From: Prasinococcaceae sp. CCMP 1430
Lineage: Eukaryota > Plantae > Prasinodermophyta
DNA length: 64,000 nucleotides
Assembly (NCBI GenBank): GCA_013416795.1
Contig: RQSC01000012.1
Span: 1 to 64,000 of the forward strand
Reading direction: 5' to 3'
In this document: in pieces, positions 61,901 to 64,000 of the stretch
How positions within the stretch are numbered: the stretch's first letter is position 1
Layout of the letters: every line of letters starts with the position of its first letter
Program-made: the position numbers and the translations under genes
The notes under the pieces: generated by a model
Database searches by the model: none
The model's input: the letters and a program-made list of their open reading frames with translations, nothing else
What the model was told of the DNA's origin: nothing

Positions 61901-62431
61901 ACGCGGCTGTGGGATCTGACGAAGACTCGCGAGTCCAAGATGGAGCAGTGGTCGGCCATGGGAGTGCCGACCGGCTGGCTGGCGAGGGCGGGGCCCGATT
62001 CGATCGCGGAGCAGATGCAAAAGCTCATTCTGGCGCCTGCCACCTCGTACATGAAGGTCGTGGCCTCGTTTGCTTCCGTGGCGGCAGAGCTCGCCGAGGC
62101 AATCGCTGCCGACGAAAACGCGCCTCCCGGATCGCCCTCGGGGAAGGGGAAGCAGGACGCGCGCGCTGGACCGGGGCGGCTGCTACCGCGGCACAGGGAG
62201 CACCTCGACGCGGCGGTGCGCTTCGCGTTCAGGGCACACCAAGCTGCTGGCGGCTTCGATCGCGCGTCCTCCAAGGCGTTCGAGGAGCTGCAACGTGTGG
62301 GCATTCCGAGCCTCAGCAAGGAGGCCGACGCTGAGGACGCTGACTCTGCGCGGCGACAACGAAGTGCCGGCTCGGCAAGGCAGGCTGGGATCACCAGTGC
62401 ATCCGCCCCGACTCTCATCATGGCGTCCTGA
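58984..62431 (+). CDS. CHUP1-like protein (coiled coil, poly-Pro FH1-like region, CHUP1 C-terminal domain); 5' end in gap
   Basis: EERVQLRWENACLRHE; intron 60908-61036; IPPPPPPPPG..PPPPPPPPPG; RNPALVRMYQ, SELTSKSAYKQAIDADV, WMDTELSLLLDETAVLK, WPAAKADTLRDAA, VRFAFRAHQAAGGFD. Confidence 0.88.
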
Positions 62432-62740
62432 CGCAAACGCGCCCTCAATTGTACAAAATCAACGTATCATCGCACGCGTAGCACAGCGCCGCGGCGCGCT
62501 GCGGCGGTGTCGCGCGCTCGCGAGGGGTGGGGGGCACGTGTGCTGTGTACAATTAAATTCACCCCTCGCCAGTTTACCCAACACCGACCACGCCGCCGGG
62601 CGGGTTGGGGTGGGGTGGGGCACGCGAGTCTGTGGCTAGTGGCGAGGCATTTCATTCTAGCTGCCCCTCGCTCCCGTCGCCGAGCGCGCACCTCAGCGCA
62701 CGCCGGCGCCACCCGCCCGCTGGCGCCGTCCATCGTCCAC

Positions 62741-63619
62741 TCACTTCTCGCTGGCCTTCTTGCGAAGCGCGTCCAGCTCGGCGTCGATGTCCGAGTCAAT
62801 GGCGTCCTTGATTGGCCGCCCCTCGGGCAGCTCCTTCTTCTTCCCGTCGCCCAGCATGCCCGCCTTCATCGCTGCCAGCTCGTCGTCCACAGAGTCGCCC
62901 TCCAGCGCCTTGAACTTCGACTCGAGGCTGGAGTCGCCCGCGGTGAGCTGCGCGACCGAGTCGGCCTCGGCCTCGAGCGCCATCACCTTCTCCTCCATCT
63001 TCTCGAAGGCCGCGAGCGAGCTGTCGACGTCGATCGCGCCGGAGATCTCGTTGACCTTCTTCTGCGTCTTGGCGCTCTGTGCGCGCGCCTTGAGCGTGTC
63101 CTTCTTGCTCTTCGCCTCGGCGAGCTTGGTCTCCAGGATCTTGCCGTTCGCGAGCAGCTTCTCCACACTCTCCTTCTGCAGCGCGAGCTGGCCCTTGAGC
63201 TGGTCGGCGTTTTCCTGGTTGGACTTCTTCCGCGTGAGCGCCTCACGCGCCAGCTCCTCGTCCCCCTTGCTCAGCGCAAGCTGCGCGCGCTGGTACCAGT
63301 CGTCCGCGGCGCTCTGCGCGGCCTCGTACTTGCGCTCGAGCTGCTTCTGCGACGCCATCACCTGCGCCGTCGCCTGGCGCAGCTTGGTGAGGTCCTGCGT
63401 CATGTCGACCACGGTCTGATCGAGGATCTTCTCGGGGTCCTCCGCCTTGTCCAGCACGGCGTTGGCGTACGATCGCACCACGCGCCCCAGCCGCGAGAAG
63501 ATGTTCGCGCGCGGCGCCATGCGCCGCGGCCGGGGCGGCGCGCGGCGCGNNNNNNNNNNNGCGCGCGCGGCGCCCCGCACACGCGCGCCGCGACGCGCGC
63601 GCCCCCCGTCTGATCGCAA
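62741..63619 (-). CDS. VIPP1: VIPP1/IM30 (PspA family) thylakoid membrane-remodelling protein
   Basis: NIFSRLGRVVRSYAN...EDPEKILDQ, LRQATAQVMASQK, WYQRAQLAL.KGDEELAREAL, FEKMEEKV, plus the VIPP-type C-terminal extension IDAELDALRKK. Transit peptide interrupted by Ns. Confidence 0.96.
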   Translation of the reverse strand: MRSDGGRARRGARVRGAARXXXXXRRAPPRPRRMAPRANIFSRLGRVVRSYANAVLDKAEDPEKILDQTVVDMTQDLTKLRQATAQVMASQKQLERKYEAAQSAADDWYQRAQLALSKGDEELAREALTRKKSNQENADQLKGQLALQKESVEKLLANGKILETKLAEAKSKKDTLKARAQSAKTQKKVNEISGAIDVDSSLAAFEKMEEKVMALEAEADSVAQLTAGDSSLESKFKALEGDSVDDELAAMKAGMLGDGKKKELPEGRPIKDAIDSDIDAELDALRKKASEK

Positions 63620-64000
63620 TTCATTTTGATCTATTTTACGGACGAGAGTGCTCCGAAACGCGCGCTCCGGCGCCCCGCCGAGGAGGGCGCCCGGCGCTGC
63701 GAACCGTGCCTTTTTGAGGTTTGGTTTCGATCATAGGGTTCACATGTTAATTCGGGCGTAGGTGGGAATGCACGCGGTTTGGTGTGGGGCGACGCCGCTG
63801 CCGTCCCGCGGGGCGGGCGAGGGCGGGTCGGGGTTGGCGAGGATCGATCGGCGCGGCGCGCGCGCCCCTGCCGCAGCGGAGCTCGCACTCTGCATCCCTC
63901 TGTTTGTTTGTCTGTCTTGTCGGGCCGGCCGCGGCCGTGGCGCGGTGAGGGCCAGCGAGAATGGGTCGGTCGGCGCTCCACCCCACACACCTGCCTGCCT

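Noticed and set aside
119-63990. Hundreds of R/A/P-rich ORFs in the track
   Set aside because: Shadow ORFs expected from very high GC, antisense or off-frame to real genes.
1-64000. Transposons, CRISPR arrays, rRNA or tRNA genes
   Set aside because: No transposase/RT motifs, terminal repeats, spacer arrays or cloverleafs were recognised.

Overview
This is a gene-dense eukaryotic nuclear window of very high GC. It is most likely from a green alga of prasinophyte grade (inference). Support for that: GT-AG introns with GTGCGY/GTACGY donors and CTGAC branch points, TGTAA poly(A) signals, plastid-targeted proteins (VIPP1, TsaD, TPK) and flagellar genes. About 33 protein-coding loci can be reconstructed. 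Recognisable ones: TPK-like channel, YqaJ nuclease, CSE1, SEC5, ATG4, BRCA2, XPC/RAD4, OTUD6-like, OSGEPL1/TsaD, SSNA1/DIP13, RIB72/EFHC1, NAA35, EMAPII-type tRNA-binding protein, DUF2358-like, rhodanese, DRC5/TCTE1, AVT1-like transporter, cytochrome b5 reductase, RPS25 (5' part missing), RPS9, Siva-like, SKIP, Tat-SF1, LYR protein, CHUP1-like and VIPP1. Main signals not visible in the ORF track: (1) a spliced, essentially non-coding snoRNA host gene (45661-46357) carrying one box C/D snoRNA in each of two introns, with guides complementary to LSU rRNA; (2) a CHUP1-architecture protein; (3) a TPK-like channel with both GYG filters replaced; (4) an OTU deubiquitinase carrying two eIFiso4G-type xSLRPGG motifs; (5) extreme head-to-head or overlapping gene arrangements. 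The assembly has N gaps and probable single-base indels, so several start codons are uncertain. All homology calls are from recognising motifs by eye; no database was searched.
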